Positions 38,032 to 51,886 are shown, counted from the whole stretch's first letter. The stretch: DNA of 63,925 nt, filler included, from Octopus bimaculoides (GCF_001194135.2; 6 parts of 6 records of this genome joined end to end with filler, not necessarily neighbours in it); one strand, 5' to 3'. Numbers and translations are program-made. The notes: generated by a model not told the origin, from the letters alone.

Positions 38032-38541
38032 TGCCAGGGAAAAAAATATGTAATAAACCAGCATTTACATCTTTTCCAACAAACACATAACAAGATAAAN
38101 NNNNNNNNNNNNNNNNNNNNNNNNNNNNNNNNNNNNNNNNNNNNNNNNNNNNNNNNNNNNNNNNNNNNNNNNNNNNNNNNNNNNNNNNNNNNNNNNNNNN
38201 NNNNNNNNNNNNNNNNNNNNNNNNNNNNNNNNNNNNNNNNNNNNNNNNNNNNNNNNNNNNNNNNNNNNNNNNNNNNNNNNNNNNNNNNNNNNNNNNNNNN
38301 NNNNNNNNNNNNNNNNNNNNNNNNNNNNNNNNNNNNNNNNNNNNNNNNNNNNNNNNNNNNNNNNNNNNNNNNNNNNNNNNNNNNNNNNNNNNNNNNNNNN
38401 NNNNNNNNNNNNNNNNNNNNNNNNNNNNNNNNNNNNNNNNNNNNNNNNNNNNNNNNNNNNNNNNNNNNNNNNNNNNNNNNNNNNNNNNNNNNNNNNNNNN
38501 NNNNNNNNNNNNNNNNNNNNNNNNNNNNNNNNNNNNNNNNN

Positions 38542-38588
<47 letters not shown>

Positions 38589-40670
38589 GTATATATATAT
38601 ATGTATATATATATATGTGTGTGTGTGCATGTAAACACATATTATGTATGTTTATATATTCATCTATTACAAACATACATACACACACACATATATATAC
38701 ATATATATATATACATATACATATACATATACATACATACATACATACATACATACATACATACAATCAAGATATTTGTGTGTATCCATATGCTTGCATG
38801 TGTGTGTTTGAATTCGTGTGTGTGTGTGTGTATACATTTATGTGTGTATACAATATATATTTCTCTGTGTACACGCGCGTCTGTATGTATGCGCACACAC
38901 GTGTGTGTGTGTGTGTGTGTGTGCGTGTGGAGAATGACGAGGATCAAATATCAGCCTCGTTGTGTATGTATTATGTCTTAATGTAACCAAGAACTGGAAA
39001 AGCCTATCCAAACCTCACGCATAAAGCTGAACGTGTCGTCACACTAAAGATGTGCCGTGTTGTGTGTAAGAATCCGTTTCTAAGATTTTGTTTACTGTAT
39101 GTATATAACAGTGTATATATGACGTGTGCGTTTATGTATATAATGTATATAATTTTATGTATGTATATATCCATGTCTCTGTTTTATATGTGTCTACATG
39201 TGTGTCTGTATAAAAGTATGTTCGTATATGTTTTTTGATTTTTGTGTATGTGTGTGTATACTCGTGCTAGTGTGTATAAATGTGCGTGTAGGTGTTTGAA
39301 TGTTTGCTTGTATGCGTATTTTTATTTGTGCTTGTATGCATACAGGTATATCTGTATATCTCTATATATGTGTGTGTGTGTGTGTGTGTGTGAGTTGTGT
39401 ATATAAATGAGTAGTGTATATGAGTATATTTGTGCATATCTGTATGCGTGCATATGTGCTGTGTGTGTATAATATTTATATATATATGTTTGTATATATA
39501 TGTATAAGTTTGTATATATATATATATATATCAAAATAAGCAACACGGATTTTAAAGATGGTTGCAGTACGCACGTTTCATGCTACTCCATTTATTTAAG
39601 TAATGCGAGCATTACATTAAATGCAATATGTAGAGCAATCTTCAGCTGCACGAAAATGCAGAAAATTACAGTAGAATAGACATATTATAATTGTGGCAAC
39701 ATTTCAAATCCAANNNNNNNNNNNNNNNNNNNNNNNNNNNNNNNNNNNNNNNNNNNNNNNNNNNNNNNNNNNNNNNNNNNNNNNNNNNNNNNNNNNNNNN
39801 NNNNNNNNNNNNNNNNNNNNNNNNNNNNNNNNNNNNNNNNNNNNNNNNNNNNNNNNNNNNNNNNNNNNNNNNNNNNNNNNNNNNNNNNNNNNNNNNNNNN
39901 NNNNNNNNNNNNNNNNNNNNNNNNNNNNNNNNNNNNNNNNNNNNNNNNNNNNNNNNNNNNNNNNNNNNNNNNNNNNNNNNNNNNNNNNNNNNNNNNNNNN
40001 NNNNNNNNNNNNNNNNNNNNNNNNNNNNNNNNNNNNNNNNNNNNNNNNNNNNNNNNNNNNNNNNNNNNNNNNNNNNNNNNNNNNNNNNNNNNNNNNNNNN
40101 NNNNNNNNNNNNNNNNNNNNNNNNNNNNNNNNNNNNNNNNNNNNNNNNNNNNNNNNNNNNNNNNNNNNNNNNNNNNNNNNNNNNNNNNNNNNNNNNNNNN
40201 NNNNNNNNNNNNNNNNNNNNNNNNNNNNNNNNNNNNNNNNNNNNNNNNNNNNNNNNNNNNNNNNNNNNNNNNNNNNNNNNNNNNNNNNNNNNNNNNNNNN
40301 NNNNNNNNNNNNNNNNNNNNNNNNNNNNNNNNNNNNNNNNNNNNNNNNNNNNNNNNNNNNNNNNNNNNNNNNNNNNNNNNNNNNNNNNNNNNNNNNNNNN
40401 NNNNNNNNNNNNNNNNNNNNNNNNNNNNNNNNNNNNNNNNNNNNNNNNNNNNNNNNNNNNNNNNNNNNNNNNNNNNNNNNNNNNNNNNNNNNNNNNNNNN
40501 NNNNNNNNNNNNNNNNNNNNNNNNNNNNNNNNNNNNNNNNNNNNNNNNNNNNNNNNNNNNNNNNNNNNNNNNNNNNNNNNNNNNNNNNNNNNNNNNNNNN
40601 NNNNNNNNNNNNNNNNNNNNNNNNNNNNNNNNNNNNNNNNNNNNNNNNNNNNNNNNNNNNNNNNNNNNNA

Positions 40671-40814
40671 TACATATAAGAGGGATGACCACTAAGTGGA
40701 CATCCCTTTTGCTAGAAGACCACATACGGTCTGACCACTTTTCTTAGTGGTCAGACCGCATGTGCTCTTCTTGCAAAAGGGATGTCCACTTACTGGTCAA
40801 CATTCTTATATGTA
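40671..40814. mobile_element. Small palindromic MITE / hairpin
   Basis: 54-bp core arms with about 4 mismatches and a ~6-nt loop, extending imperfectly to TA-rich ends. Confidence 0.75.
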
Positions 40815-40816
40815 TG

Positions 40817-40863
<47 letters not shown>

Positions 40864-41161
40864 CAACCTATATATATATATATATATATATAATATAATA
40901 TAATATACATACATACGTAAAACTATTTTACTTTTTTACCTCATCTGTATGTCCTTTATGCACCATGCGTGTGTGTATGTGTGTGTGTGTGTGTATATAT
41001 ATGTGTGTGTGTGTGTGCGTGTGTGTGTGTGTATGTATATGTATGTATATATATATATACTCACACACACACACATATATATATATATGTATACATATAT
41101 ATACATATAAATACACACATATATATATACATATATATATATGTATATACTTACATATGTA

Positions 41162-41202
<41 letters not shown>

Positions 41203-42129
41203 GTGTTAGCGTCTATGTGGATGCAAGTACATGTAAACGTACTCATACATACAGACATAAATCGTGTGGGTATATATTAGGGTTTGTGTTAAGCAGGGGT
41301 GTGTTGGCTGTTACATTTGTAAAGAAACCGCCTTAAGCCACCGCCGCATGCCCACAATACATAAATAAATAAATGCGACTTCCGTGCCACTCGCTTCAGC
41401 TGGGATCACGGACACTTGTTCGGAATTAGCCAGAAAACTTCTGATAGACCCCCGCTCCACCTCTCCCCTCCTGGCAGGACCCTTTTTCTTAGTCCTTTAC
41501 CTCAGACCCATTTCAGCTGCGACGTATAAAATCTTATCCATCATGTTGATTTACACACCAAGACAAATAAATATACGCACACACATGCACACATACACAC
41601 ATGCACACACATACACACACACACATAGGGACATGCAAGTATATATATTTAAATAGACACACACACACGCGTGCAACCACACACTCATGCTCACACAAAT
41701 ACTGACACATATACATACATACAGGCAAAAAGACAGGCACACGCACAAACATACACACGCATACACACATACACACCTACACTTACGGACGCACACTGAT
41801 TTGTTCCCATTGTGAAACAAAATATACGCGTTCATACACGCTCACATCCGCACGCACACACACAGGCACACAAACATACACACTCACACGCGCACACACG
41901 CACGCACGCACTGATTTATTCCGACTGTGCAACCCAAATAACATGTATACATACAGACAGACACACACACACACACACACACTAACATGCACACACTCAT
42001 GCACATGCACACATGCACACACCTACACATAAATACAAATACATATCTATTCAGGCATACATGCATACATACGCAAGCATGTTTCTGAAAATCCTTTAAA
42101 AAGCGAAAGTTGTTCATAATAATAATAAT

Positions 42130-42720
42130 AATAATCCTTTCTATTATAGGCACAAGCCTGAAATTTTGGGGGAGGGGGTAAATTGATCACATTGACCCTA
42201 GTGCCCGACTGTTACTTAATTTATCGACCCCGAGAGGATGAAAAGCAAAGTTTACCTGGGTAGAATTAGAACTCAGAATGAAAATACGGGACGAAACGCT
42301 GGTATTTTGTCCGGTGTGCTAACGATTCTGCTAGCTTGCCGCCTTAATCCTCTCTACTATATACATAAAGGCTGAAATATGGGGAAAGGGGGATTGTCGA
42401 TTACATTGACCCCCAAATCTCAGCAGGTAGAATTTGAACTCAGAACGTAAAGCCCGAAGAAATACTGCCGAGCGCTTTGTCCGACGTGTTAACGATTCTG
42501 CCAGCTCGCCGCCTTACATAATAATTATCATGGTTTCAAATTTTGGCACAAGGCAAGAAATTTCGGGGTAAGTGATAAGTCGATTACATAGATCCCAGTG
42601 CACAACTGGTACTTACTTTTTCGACCCTGAATGGATGAAAGGTAAGATCTACCTCGGTGGTACTTGAACTTAAAACTAAAGACGGACGAAATATCGCTAA
42701 GCAGTTTTTGTCGGACGCGC
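42130..42720 (-). mobile_element. Three tandem degenerate MetaSINE-like elements
   Basis: Family matches. Confidence 0.7.
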
Positions 42721-43362
42721 TGTTTTACCAGCGAACCGATTTCATACGAAACAGACTACAAGCAATTAAAAGGATTCCTGTTATGACAGTTTTATAGTGT
42801 CACTGAAGATTAATGGCTTTGATCCACTCATAAACATGCGATTTAATTTGATTTTAAACCTTTCTAATGATGTTTTTAGCTTCCATTATATTGCAAATAT
42901 TTAGCAAGAAATATGTAACGCATTCTGTGTAAATTATCGTAGTTTTTAATTACATTCCAGACTATTAAATCAAACTGCAGTACAACTAACATCTTAGCGT
43001 CTCTGGTTAGAGGTCACTTCCGGTTTCGAGAATAAATCTGCTACACAAATGCGCAGAAAGATTGTATATATCAAATGTGTATAGGAACATGTGTACACGA
43101 ACGTTTATGAGATAAAGAGGGCTAAAAAATGGGAGTGAGAGAGGTAGAGAAAGAGGGAGAGAGAGGAAATAGGAAAGTGTGAGAGCAATTATATACCACA
43201 CCACATAGCTTTGACTTAACTATCGCGATAAAAGCGCATGCATGTGCACATATATAAATGTGCGTATGTAAGAGTGTGCATGTATGTATGTAGACACTTA
43301 TACATACCATTAACACGCACACGTATAACATATATATACACACACGGTGTTGTGTGTAAATA

Positions 43363-43409
<47 letters not shown>

Positions 43410-43830
43410 TGTGTTGTGTGTACGTTCACATATATGTAAACATGCATATTTATACAAGTTTGAGAGTATGAGTCTGTACAATAGCAAATGTTTCTGTTCA
43501 CAAAGATAGCTTATTCAATACTTAAAGTTTCCTGTTACCAGTTATTCAAAAGTTTGAACAAAAGTAGTGGAGATATAAAAATAATAAAAAAATTCGCAAG
43601 TACATCAAAATATAGTTGGGCCATAGAGCATTGACTGGTTACTCAAAACGAAAATGGATCACACATTCAATAGCCAATCGCAGAATTCATGATATGTTTA
43701 GCAATTCACAAAAAAAAAAAACACGTGATATTCTCATGTCTTTTGTATCATATGTGTAAAACACACAAAAATGAGAAAGGTGGCTTTTGAAAATGTAATT
43801 TTAATATTGATGAACAACTTTTTTTTTCAG

Positions 43831-44870
43831 TACGTGACCAGTTTTCTGATTATGGTAAACCGATTGTGTAGGGAATGGAATATTTCAGAACTAATTGGTA
43901 TTTTGAAATTCCTCAATAAGTGTCTGTGGTTGCGTCTACAAAACTTCACCAATTCTGATCTTTTGTTCAAAATGGTAAAATGTTGTGAAAGAATGAAATA
44001 TTCTTCCGACAAAACAAAATACTTGACCTCTGAACGAATCGATCTAATAATTGTTTTTATCATTCGTTAAATTCCAGATATATTTAGATTAATGGGTGAT
44101 GAGGTGTCCTTCTGTGTATTTCAACGTATACATATGTTGTGCGAATCTTTTAAAGGGATTTTGGGTAAACTTTGTATAACCTTTTGGTCTACTATTTTTT
44201 ACAAGAGAGACACAAGCTTAATGAAGAAAAGTTTTAATAGGACACATACCATCCAGAGGGTAAGTATTAAGGTTATAGATTTTACATAAAAGAAGAGAGT
44301 TTCTGCGTTCACAGTGGAAAGGTTTTCTGTTTAAGCTAGCTATGGAAGCAGTGAAAACGTTAGTGCAACTGTGAATCACCACAGTAATATTTCTTTAGCT
44401 TGCGCGAAAATTCTTGTTCATAAGTTTTCTGAAAATCCTAGAAGCATTGAAACGAACATTTAAACTGTATGAAGAATTACATTATATAGTCTTTCGTTTC
44501 CTATGCTTGCATTTTTATATAAGTGCTGTTGTATATTCTGTCTTTGATGACATTGTCTTTTATTGTGTTTTGGGGATAATAAGCATTACCGTTAAAGAAT
44601 TTCTCGTCAAAGTATAATTTAGATATGCGCTCACTAATATTATTGACTAAGCTTCTAAGGATTATCGGAGGTTGATTTGAATTTATATTAATCTATTAAC
44701 TTACTGCAATAAGGTTACTATCTACTTTACGTAAATATAGAGTCAAATCTATACCTTTTACGAGATGACTATAAAATGGATAATTTTCTGAAGATGTCTA
44801 TCAACATAAACAAAGGTTAGATTTAAAAGTCACGGTAGATATAAATATAAGCATAGCTAGTTTCTTAAGT
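43831..44870 (-). mobile_element. Decayed Penelope-like element (RT thumb/linker and GIY-YIG endonuclease region)
   Basis: Minus-strand fragments NSNQPPIILRSLVNNISERISKL, RIFRKLMNKNF, YPLDGMCPIK, SKYIWNL, LNKRSELVKFCRRNHRHLLRNF match PLE C-terminal motifs in the expected order; many stops and frameshifts. Confidence 0.8.
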
Positions 44871-45447
44871 ATATCTTGATATTTAGATAATTGTTAATAT
44901 CGCTTCCATACTAAATCGAACAAGAAATTGCAGTATGAACCAACCTCCAAGACTCCTTTAAAAATATTTAACAATAGTAGTTAGAGAATGTTTAGCTTAT
45001 CCGTTAACGAGTATTGTTCTTCTTGCAATACCTGTCTTGCCTTAGGTGATGGTGCCGGCAACCCACACTACGCTACTGAACGCCTGACGAATGCCTGGCG
45101 ACAGCGCAAATTCTAAACACTAATCTGGCTTTGCGCTGACCGAGGCCGGCAACTCCGTTAAAGCGACGACTTAGTGAAAGAGATATTACAGGAACAGCAA
45201 TTAAAGTGGTTGTTCGTCGTCGCTGACCAAGGTTTTCTACAAATATAGAAGCCTCAGTGTGTACCTGTACGTCCTTAACTATGACATGCGAGATCTCGTC
45301 TGGGATATGTTGGGATATTTATTGGCAGTATATGGACCTTCTGACTAAGTGGAACCTCTTCTTTCAGTAAAAAAATAAAATCACAGCTACGCCCCAATCA
45401 GATTAAATATTTCCTTGGTCAACGCAGTGATCGGGTGGTTGTAAATT

Positions 45448-46035
45448 CTTTTCTGCTCTTGGCACGAAATTTTGGGGGAGGGGGCCAGTCGATTAGATCG
45501 ACCCAGTACACAACTGGTATTTAATTTAGCAACCCCGAAAGGATGAAAGGCAAAATCGACTCAGAACGTAACGATAGACGAAATACCTATTTCGTTATTG
45601 CCCACAAGGGGCTAAACATAGAGGGAACAAACACGAACAGACGAACGGATTAGGTCGATTACATCGACCCCAGTGCGTAACTGGTACTTAATTTATCGAC
45701 CCCGAAAGGATGAAAGGCAAAGTCGACCTCGGCGGAATTTGAACTCAGAACGTAAAGACAGATGAAATACCGCTGAGCAATTCGCCCGGCGTGCTAACGT
45801 TTCTTATTTCTTTATTGCCCACAAGGGGCTACACACGGAGGAGACAAACAAGGACAGACAAACGGATTAAGTCGATTATATCGACCCCAGTGCGTAACTG
45901 GTACTTAATTTATCGACCCCAAAAGGATGAACGGCAAAGTCGACCTCGGCGGAATTTGAACTCAGAACGTAACGATAGACGAAATACCGCTAGGCATTTT
46001 GCCCGGCATTCTAACGTTTCTGCCAGCTCGCCACC
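45448..46035 (-). mobile_element. Tandem trimer of MetaSINE-like elements
   Basis: Three head-to-tail copies, the first two highly similar. Confidence 0.85.
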
Positions 46036-46149
46036 TTCAGGTGGTTGTACATTGCCGAAGCCATGTAAAAACTCCCACTTGACCTTTCGGAGGCAACTCC
46101 TTTCTTTGGGGCCAATTTCTGGGTGCATCTGGCCAATTTGCTAAGTACC

Positions 46150-46577
46150 GCTCCTATTACGACTCCTAACATTATACCTATTGTTAACAATATTATTATT
46201 TCTACTATCACTACACCCATTATTACTATCACTACAACAACTACGATAACGATGACGACCGCCATAACCTCCACCACCACCACCATCGCCTCTGCTACAA
46301 TAATAACAGCTACTACTACTACTACTACTACTCCTACCTACTTTTTACTTGACATCACCGTCACTGTCTTCATCATCATCATCATCACAATCACAATCGT
46401 CATCGTCGTCGTCCCCCTCCTCTTCCTCCTCCTTCTCTTCCTCGTCGTCACCTTCTTCATCCTCATACGCATCATTATCATAACATCATCATTTTCATGA
46501 TCATCCTAGTCATCCTCCTCCTCCTCTTTCTCCTCCTCTTCCTAGTCCTCATTCCCATCATCAATATCTTCATCATC

Positions 46578-46608
<31 letters not shown>

Positions 46609-46640
46609 CCGTCATCATCATCATCATCATCGTCGTATTG
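46150..46640. repeat. Cryptic trinucleotide low-complexity tract (ACT/CAT/CCT)
   Basis: Direct inspection. Confidence 0.85.
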
Positions 46641-46713
46641 TTCTTGTCTGAGTGTTTAATTATGACTTTCCCGTGTCATATCTCAGTCACTTCAGGTGGT
46701 GTAATAAAAGAGT

Positions 46714-46748
<35 letters not shown>

Positions 46749-48344
46749 CAGGGTGTGTGTGAGTATGTGCTTGAGGGTGTGTGTTTGTGTGTTTCAGGGT
46801 GTGTGTGTATGTGTTTAAGGGTGTGTGTGTGTGTGTGTGTGTGTNNNNNNNNNNNNNNNNNNNNNNNNNNNNNNNNNNNNNNNNNNNNNNNNNNNNNNNN
46901 NNNNNNNNNNNNNNNNNNNNNNNNNNNNNNNNNNNNNNNNNNNNNNNNNNNNNNNNNNNTTGAGGGGGTGCTTGAGGTTGTGTGTGTGTGTGTGTGTGCT
47001 TGAGGGTGTGTGTGTGTGTGTTTGAGCGTGTGTGTGTGTGTTTGAGAGTGTGTGCGTGCTTGAATGATTGCGTATGTGTTTGTATGTAAGAGAGAGAGAG
47101 AGAGAGAGAGACGGGGTGAGAGAAGGAGAATGTATTTGAATGTGTTGTTCTGTGTTTGAGTGTTTGTGTGTGTGTGAGAGAGAGAGAGGAGTTAGTGTGA
47201 GTGTGTGTAGTGTATGTGTGGTGAGGTATGTGTATATGTGTGTTTGACTGTGTGAAACAGTGTGTGTGTGTGTGTGTGTGCCTGAGTGCGTGTTTGCGTG
47301 CATATGTATGTAAGTGTGAAGAGAGAATAAAAGACACATAGAGTAGAGAGAGAGGGAGGAATGAAATGAAGAAGAAAGACAGACGCGAAACAGGGTGAGA
47401 GTGAGAGTGAGTGTGAGAGAGAGAGAGGGGGAGGCATGTACAGCTGAAGGAGGAGGTAAGGGTGTAAAAGTGCTAGGAAGTGTGTCAAACGTAACAGAGG
47501 TGGAGGGAGGCAGAAAGTGTGACGGAGAGAGAGAGAGAGAAAGAGGCAGAGAGAGAGAGAAAGAGGCAGAGAGAGAGAGAAAGAGGTAGAGAGAGAGAGA
47601 AAGAGGCAGAGAGAGAGAGAGAAAGAGACAGAGAGAGAGAGAAAGAGGCAGTGACAGGGAGGGAGGGAGGGATGGGAAGTTAGAGAGGTGCAGGGAGTAT
47701 GTGAGTGCTGGAAGGAAGAATGTAATGAAAGAGGGNNNNNNNNNNNNNNNNNNNNNNNNNNNNNNNNNNNNNNNNNNNNNNNNNNNNNNNNNNNNNNNNN
47801 NNNNNNNNNNNNNNNNNNNNNNNNNNNNNNNNNNNNNNNNNNNNNNNNNNNNNNNNNNNNNNNNNNNNNNNNNNNNNNNNNNNNNNNNNNNNNNNNNNNN
47901 NNNNNNNNNNNNNNNNNNNNNNNNNNNNNNNNNNNNNNNNNNNNNNNNNNNNNNNNNNNNNNNNNNNNNNNNNNNNNNNNNNNNNNNNNNNNNNNNNNNN
48001 NNNNNNNNNNNNNNNNNNNNNNNNNNNNNNNNNNNNNNNNNNNNNNNNNNNNNNNNNNNNNNNNNNNNNNNNNNNNNNNNNNNNNNNNNNNNNNNNNNNN
48101 NNNNNNNNNNNNNNNNNNNNNNNNNNNNNNNNNNNNNNNNNNNNNNNNNNNNNNNNNNNNNNNNNNNNNNNNNNNNNNNNNNNNNNNNNNNNNNNNNNNN
48201 NNNNNNNNNNNNNNNNNNNNNNNNNNNNNNNNNNNNNNNNNNNNNNNNNNNNNNNNNNNNNNNNNNNNNNNNNNNNNNNNNNNNNNNNNNNNNNNNNNNN
48301 NNNNNNNNNNNNNNNNNNNNNNNNNNNNNNNNNNNNNNNNNNNN

Positions 48345-48379
<35 letters not shown>

Positions 48380-49400
48380 ATATATATTTATAAGCAGCAT
48401 AGGAGAGTGTATAGGCGATCACTGGCGGGACCTCAAAGAGGAGAAAGTATCAAAGAAAGAAAGCAGAACATAGAAACTCAGTTAATAACGCATAGAACTG
48501 ATACGACGCTTAGACAGATTACAGAGGCTATACATATAACAATAAACTGACCAAGCTTCAAAAGAAAATACGAATGGAATAATAACACCCACCACCAGCA
48601 CTACCACCACCACCACACCACGCAACACGACGACTAAAGACAGAAGGGAGAAAGAAACAGATGCAAACTGTGTAATACACACACAATAGACAAATATGCA
48701 CATATCTATGATAAATATAAGAAATAGAGATAGATAGATAATTTTTAAAATTGTATAGAGGACACGGATACAAACAACATAGGAAGCGAACCCACATACA
48801 CACACGAACACACGTACAGTATCTTCACAAACAGCCGCAACAATATAAACAACGTGATTAACAACGGCAACAACAACTACTACCAGAATGGTAGCAACGT
48901 GGACGAACACACAAACACAGAGAGATACAGGAACAGTACCAAAAGACGAGGTCAAGGGCAGCAGCAGCAGCGGAAACGGGGGTACGGTGGTGAGGGGAGG
49001 GGAATGACTAAAAGAATGGCAAATAGAAAAGGAGGCAAAATCGTTCGAAAGATTAAAAAGAAAATTGCTTTAGGTCCAGGTGTGAATGCAGTTAGAAGTG
49101 ATATGTGGGCCGGAGGGCAAGGCTGGAAGCGAAAGATGGAGAGAGGGCGAGGAAGAGTTCGAGGAGGCGAGAGGGCAGGTGGCTATGGAATGTAAGGAGC
49201 TTATGAATGCTGGAAGGGATGGAAGGAGACAGAAGGGAGAGTATAGGAATGAAAACGAGTAAGAAAGCAAAGAGAGAAGAGAGAAGAAAAATATAAGATG
49301 GTCGCGGAAGATTAACTGCAGTAAAGAGATCAGCGAGAAGAAGAGTAATCAGATCCGTGTAAGCGTTTGTATTTAATTTTCTTCCATTGCTTTTAATAAG

Positions 49401-49465
49401 CCTCCAAATTGTGGATTTGCAGCAGAAAATGTATTTGATATCAGCATTAAAATACGGAAGAGATG
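49401..49465 (+). other. Candidate plus-strand exon (possible start MYLISALKYGRD at 49429)
   Basis: Pyrimidine-rich acceptor, GATG|gtgagt donor; a further donor CGT|gtaagc at ~49360. Confidence 0.2.
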
Positions 49466-49855
49466 GTGAGTTTAAGACAGGACAGCCGGAGCGTGTTTAT
49501 TGTGTTTGTTATTGGACACAATAAAACGAATGTACTGTGTGTCGTAGGTTATTAAGTAAATATAATAGAATTATTTAATTTAGAGAAATATGAATTTAAT
49601 GATATAGAGAATTAAAGAGTTCATTAAGAAGAGTTTAACTCGTTAAAAGCTACACAAGCACTGGTTTATAAGTAGTTTTATATAAATATATTAAGGAATG
49701 GGAAATATTATGTTTCGTTTTGAATATTTTGATGGGAATTTCATCTAAGCACTCACACACGCACACACACACACACACACACGTGTGTGTGTTTGTGTGT
49801 ATGTGAGTGTGTATATATGTATACACAGAGTGTCCATAAATTACCTTTAGAATTA

Positions 49856-50097
49856 GGGCGGCGAGCTGGCAATATCGTTATCACACCGGGCGAAATGCTT
49901 AGCAGTATTTCGTCTGCTGTTACGTTCTGAGTTCAAACTCCGCCGAGGTCGACTTTGCCTTTCATTCTTTCGGGGTCGATTAAATAAGTACCAGTTACGC
50001 ACTAGGGACGATGTAATCGATTTAACCCATTTGTCTGTCCTTGTTTGTCCCCGCTATGTTTAGCCCTTTAGCCCCTTGTGGGCAATAAAGAAATAAA
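49856..50097 (+). mobile_element. MetaSINE-like element
   Basis: Full head, domain and tail. Confidence 0.85.
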
Positions 50098-50674
50098 TTA
50101 CCTTTACAATTTGAAAAATTAAGAAAAGAAAATAACAAATAAAGAAAAACTCGACGGAGTTTATTGGAAAACACAGAATAGATAAAGTTTTATAGGAAAT
50201 ACCAGAACACTTCCACGTGGGCTTCAATGGTTGCTCGCAACACATCTACGGATCTCAGCTTTAATACATACAATAAGTTGTGGAAGTGTGAAGGCGCGTG
50301 ACGAAATACCGCTAAGCATTTCATCCAGTGTGCTAACGATTCTGCCATCTCGCCACCTTAGTAATAATAACAACAACAATAATATTAATAATAATAATGA
50401 TAGTTTCTTTATTGGCCACAACGGCCGAACACAAAACTAATTGGGACAATACAAAACTGGGGACCTGGGGGGGGGACACAAAAAATCGAGTAAATAATAA
50501 AATAACAATGACAATTAACAATACAGTAATAATAATAATAATAATAATAATTAATTCGTTTTATTGACCACAAGGGCCAATATCAATTAAACACATATAA
50601 GGACAAAGACAGGACGAAGGTTACAAAAGGTTAGGGTTAGGGTTAGGGTAAATAATAATAATTATTATTATTAT

Positions 50675-51190
50675 GCCCCAATGCAGTACCAGGCACTGGC
50701 TTTTGACCTTAACTGATTGGAAGTGTTATCAGGTACATTGTTTTGTCTTGGTATAAAAGATGGACTACAGCAAATATTCTGCTCAATACCACAGATTTGC
50801 TTGTCAGTTGCTTGACCGTAACCAGTCGAGCATGTCTCTTAGTAGCTGACGATATGTGCATCTCTGATCACGAGCAGAAGTAGTGGGGGAGCATCATAGC
50901 CATGTGTTGAGAGGAATTCTTTGGGATTTGAGTAATTCCCCTCTGGAAACACGGGTGTTTCGTTCAATATCCTTAAACAACCCTTATTCATGGACCTTTT
51001 GAGCGGGATGGGCTACTCGACCTGAAGAAAATTCTAACTGGACGCCCACCTTGCAAGGTCATGCGCCGTTAAACTTGATACAAGGTCAATATTTTGCACA
51101 CATATGGTTGTGATGCATGTGCCTGATGCACCCTTATCAGACGGGTAGTCATGATGAGTATATTGGACTTCGTATATTTGTACCTCAGTG
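50675..51190. repeat. Unclassified ~520-bp interspersed repeat next to (ATT)n
   Basis: Sequence cccaatgcagtaccagg...gggtagtcatgatg recognised from memory as an abundant octopus repeat; class unknown. Confidence 0.5.
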
Positions 51191-51295
51191 ACACAAGAGC
51201 CGAGAGTTTCGTGTGATGGAAATTTTGTTTGATAAGTGTCAAGGCACGAAACTCTCGGTTTTTTGAGTCACTTTTTTGCTTCTGCTAAATATGAT

Positions 51296-51405
<110 letters not shown>

Positions 51406-51821
51406 TGTATGTACGTGCGTGCGTGAGTGTATGTATGTACGTATCCATGAATGTATGCATGCATGTATGGATGTATGAATATCATGAGTTTACGGTGGGA
51501 ATTAATGCATATTTTGTTCTATTTTATGACCGATTTAATTAATGGAAGTCGTCCGTTCTTGTCTGTCAGGGAAAAAATTCTATTCATATAGTGCGTACGT
51601 GCGCGTGTCTCTGTGATGCGCGCGTGCGTGTGTCTGGTTTATTCGTTATCCCTTAATAATATGTCTTTAGTGTTTTGTATTGATGTCATTATGTCCTGGG
51701 GTGGGGGTGTTGTCTATAGAAGCATTGTACATCGTTCAATAATCTATTGGTGCATTCGCCGTTAAGTAATGTTTCAAACACATACATACACAAACACACA
51801 CACACACATACACATACATAC

Positions 51822-51886
<65 letters not shown>

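Noticed and set aside
43771-44070. Plus-strand ORF/exon YVTSFLIMVNRLCREW... with a good acceptor
   Set aside because: It is the antisense of the Penelope-like endonuclease C-terminus.
48854-49195. 113-aa Gly/Arg/Lys-rich ORF
   Set aside because: Explained by purine-rich low-complexity sequence; no domain or splice support.
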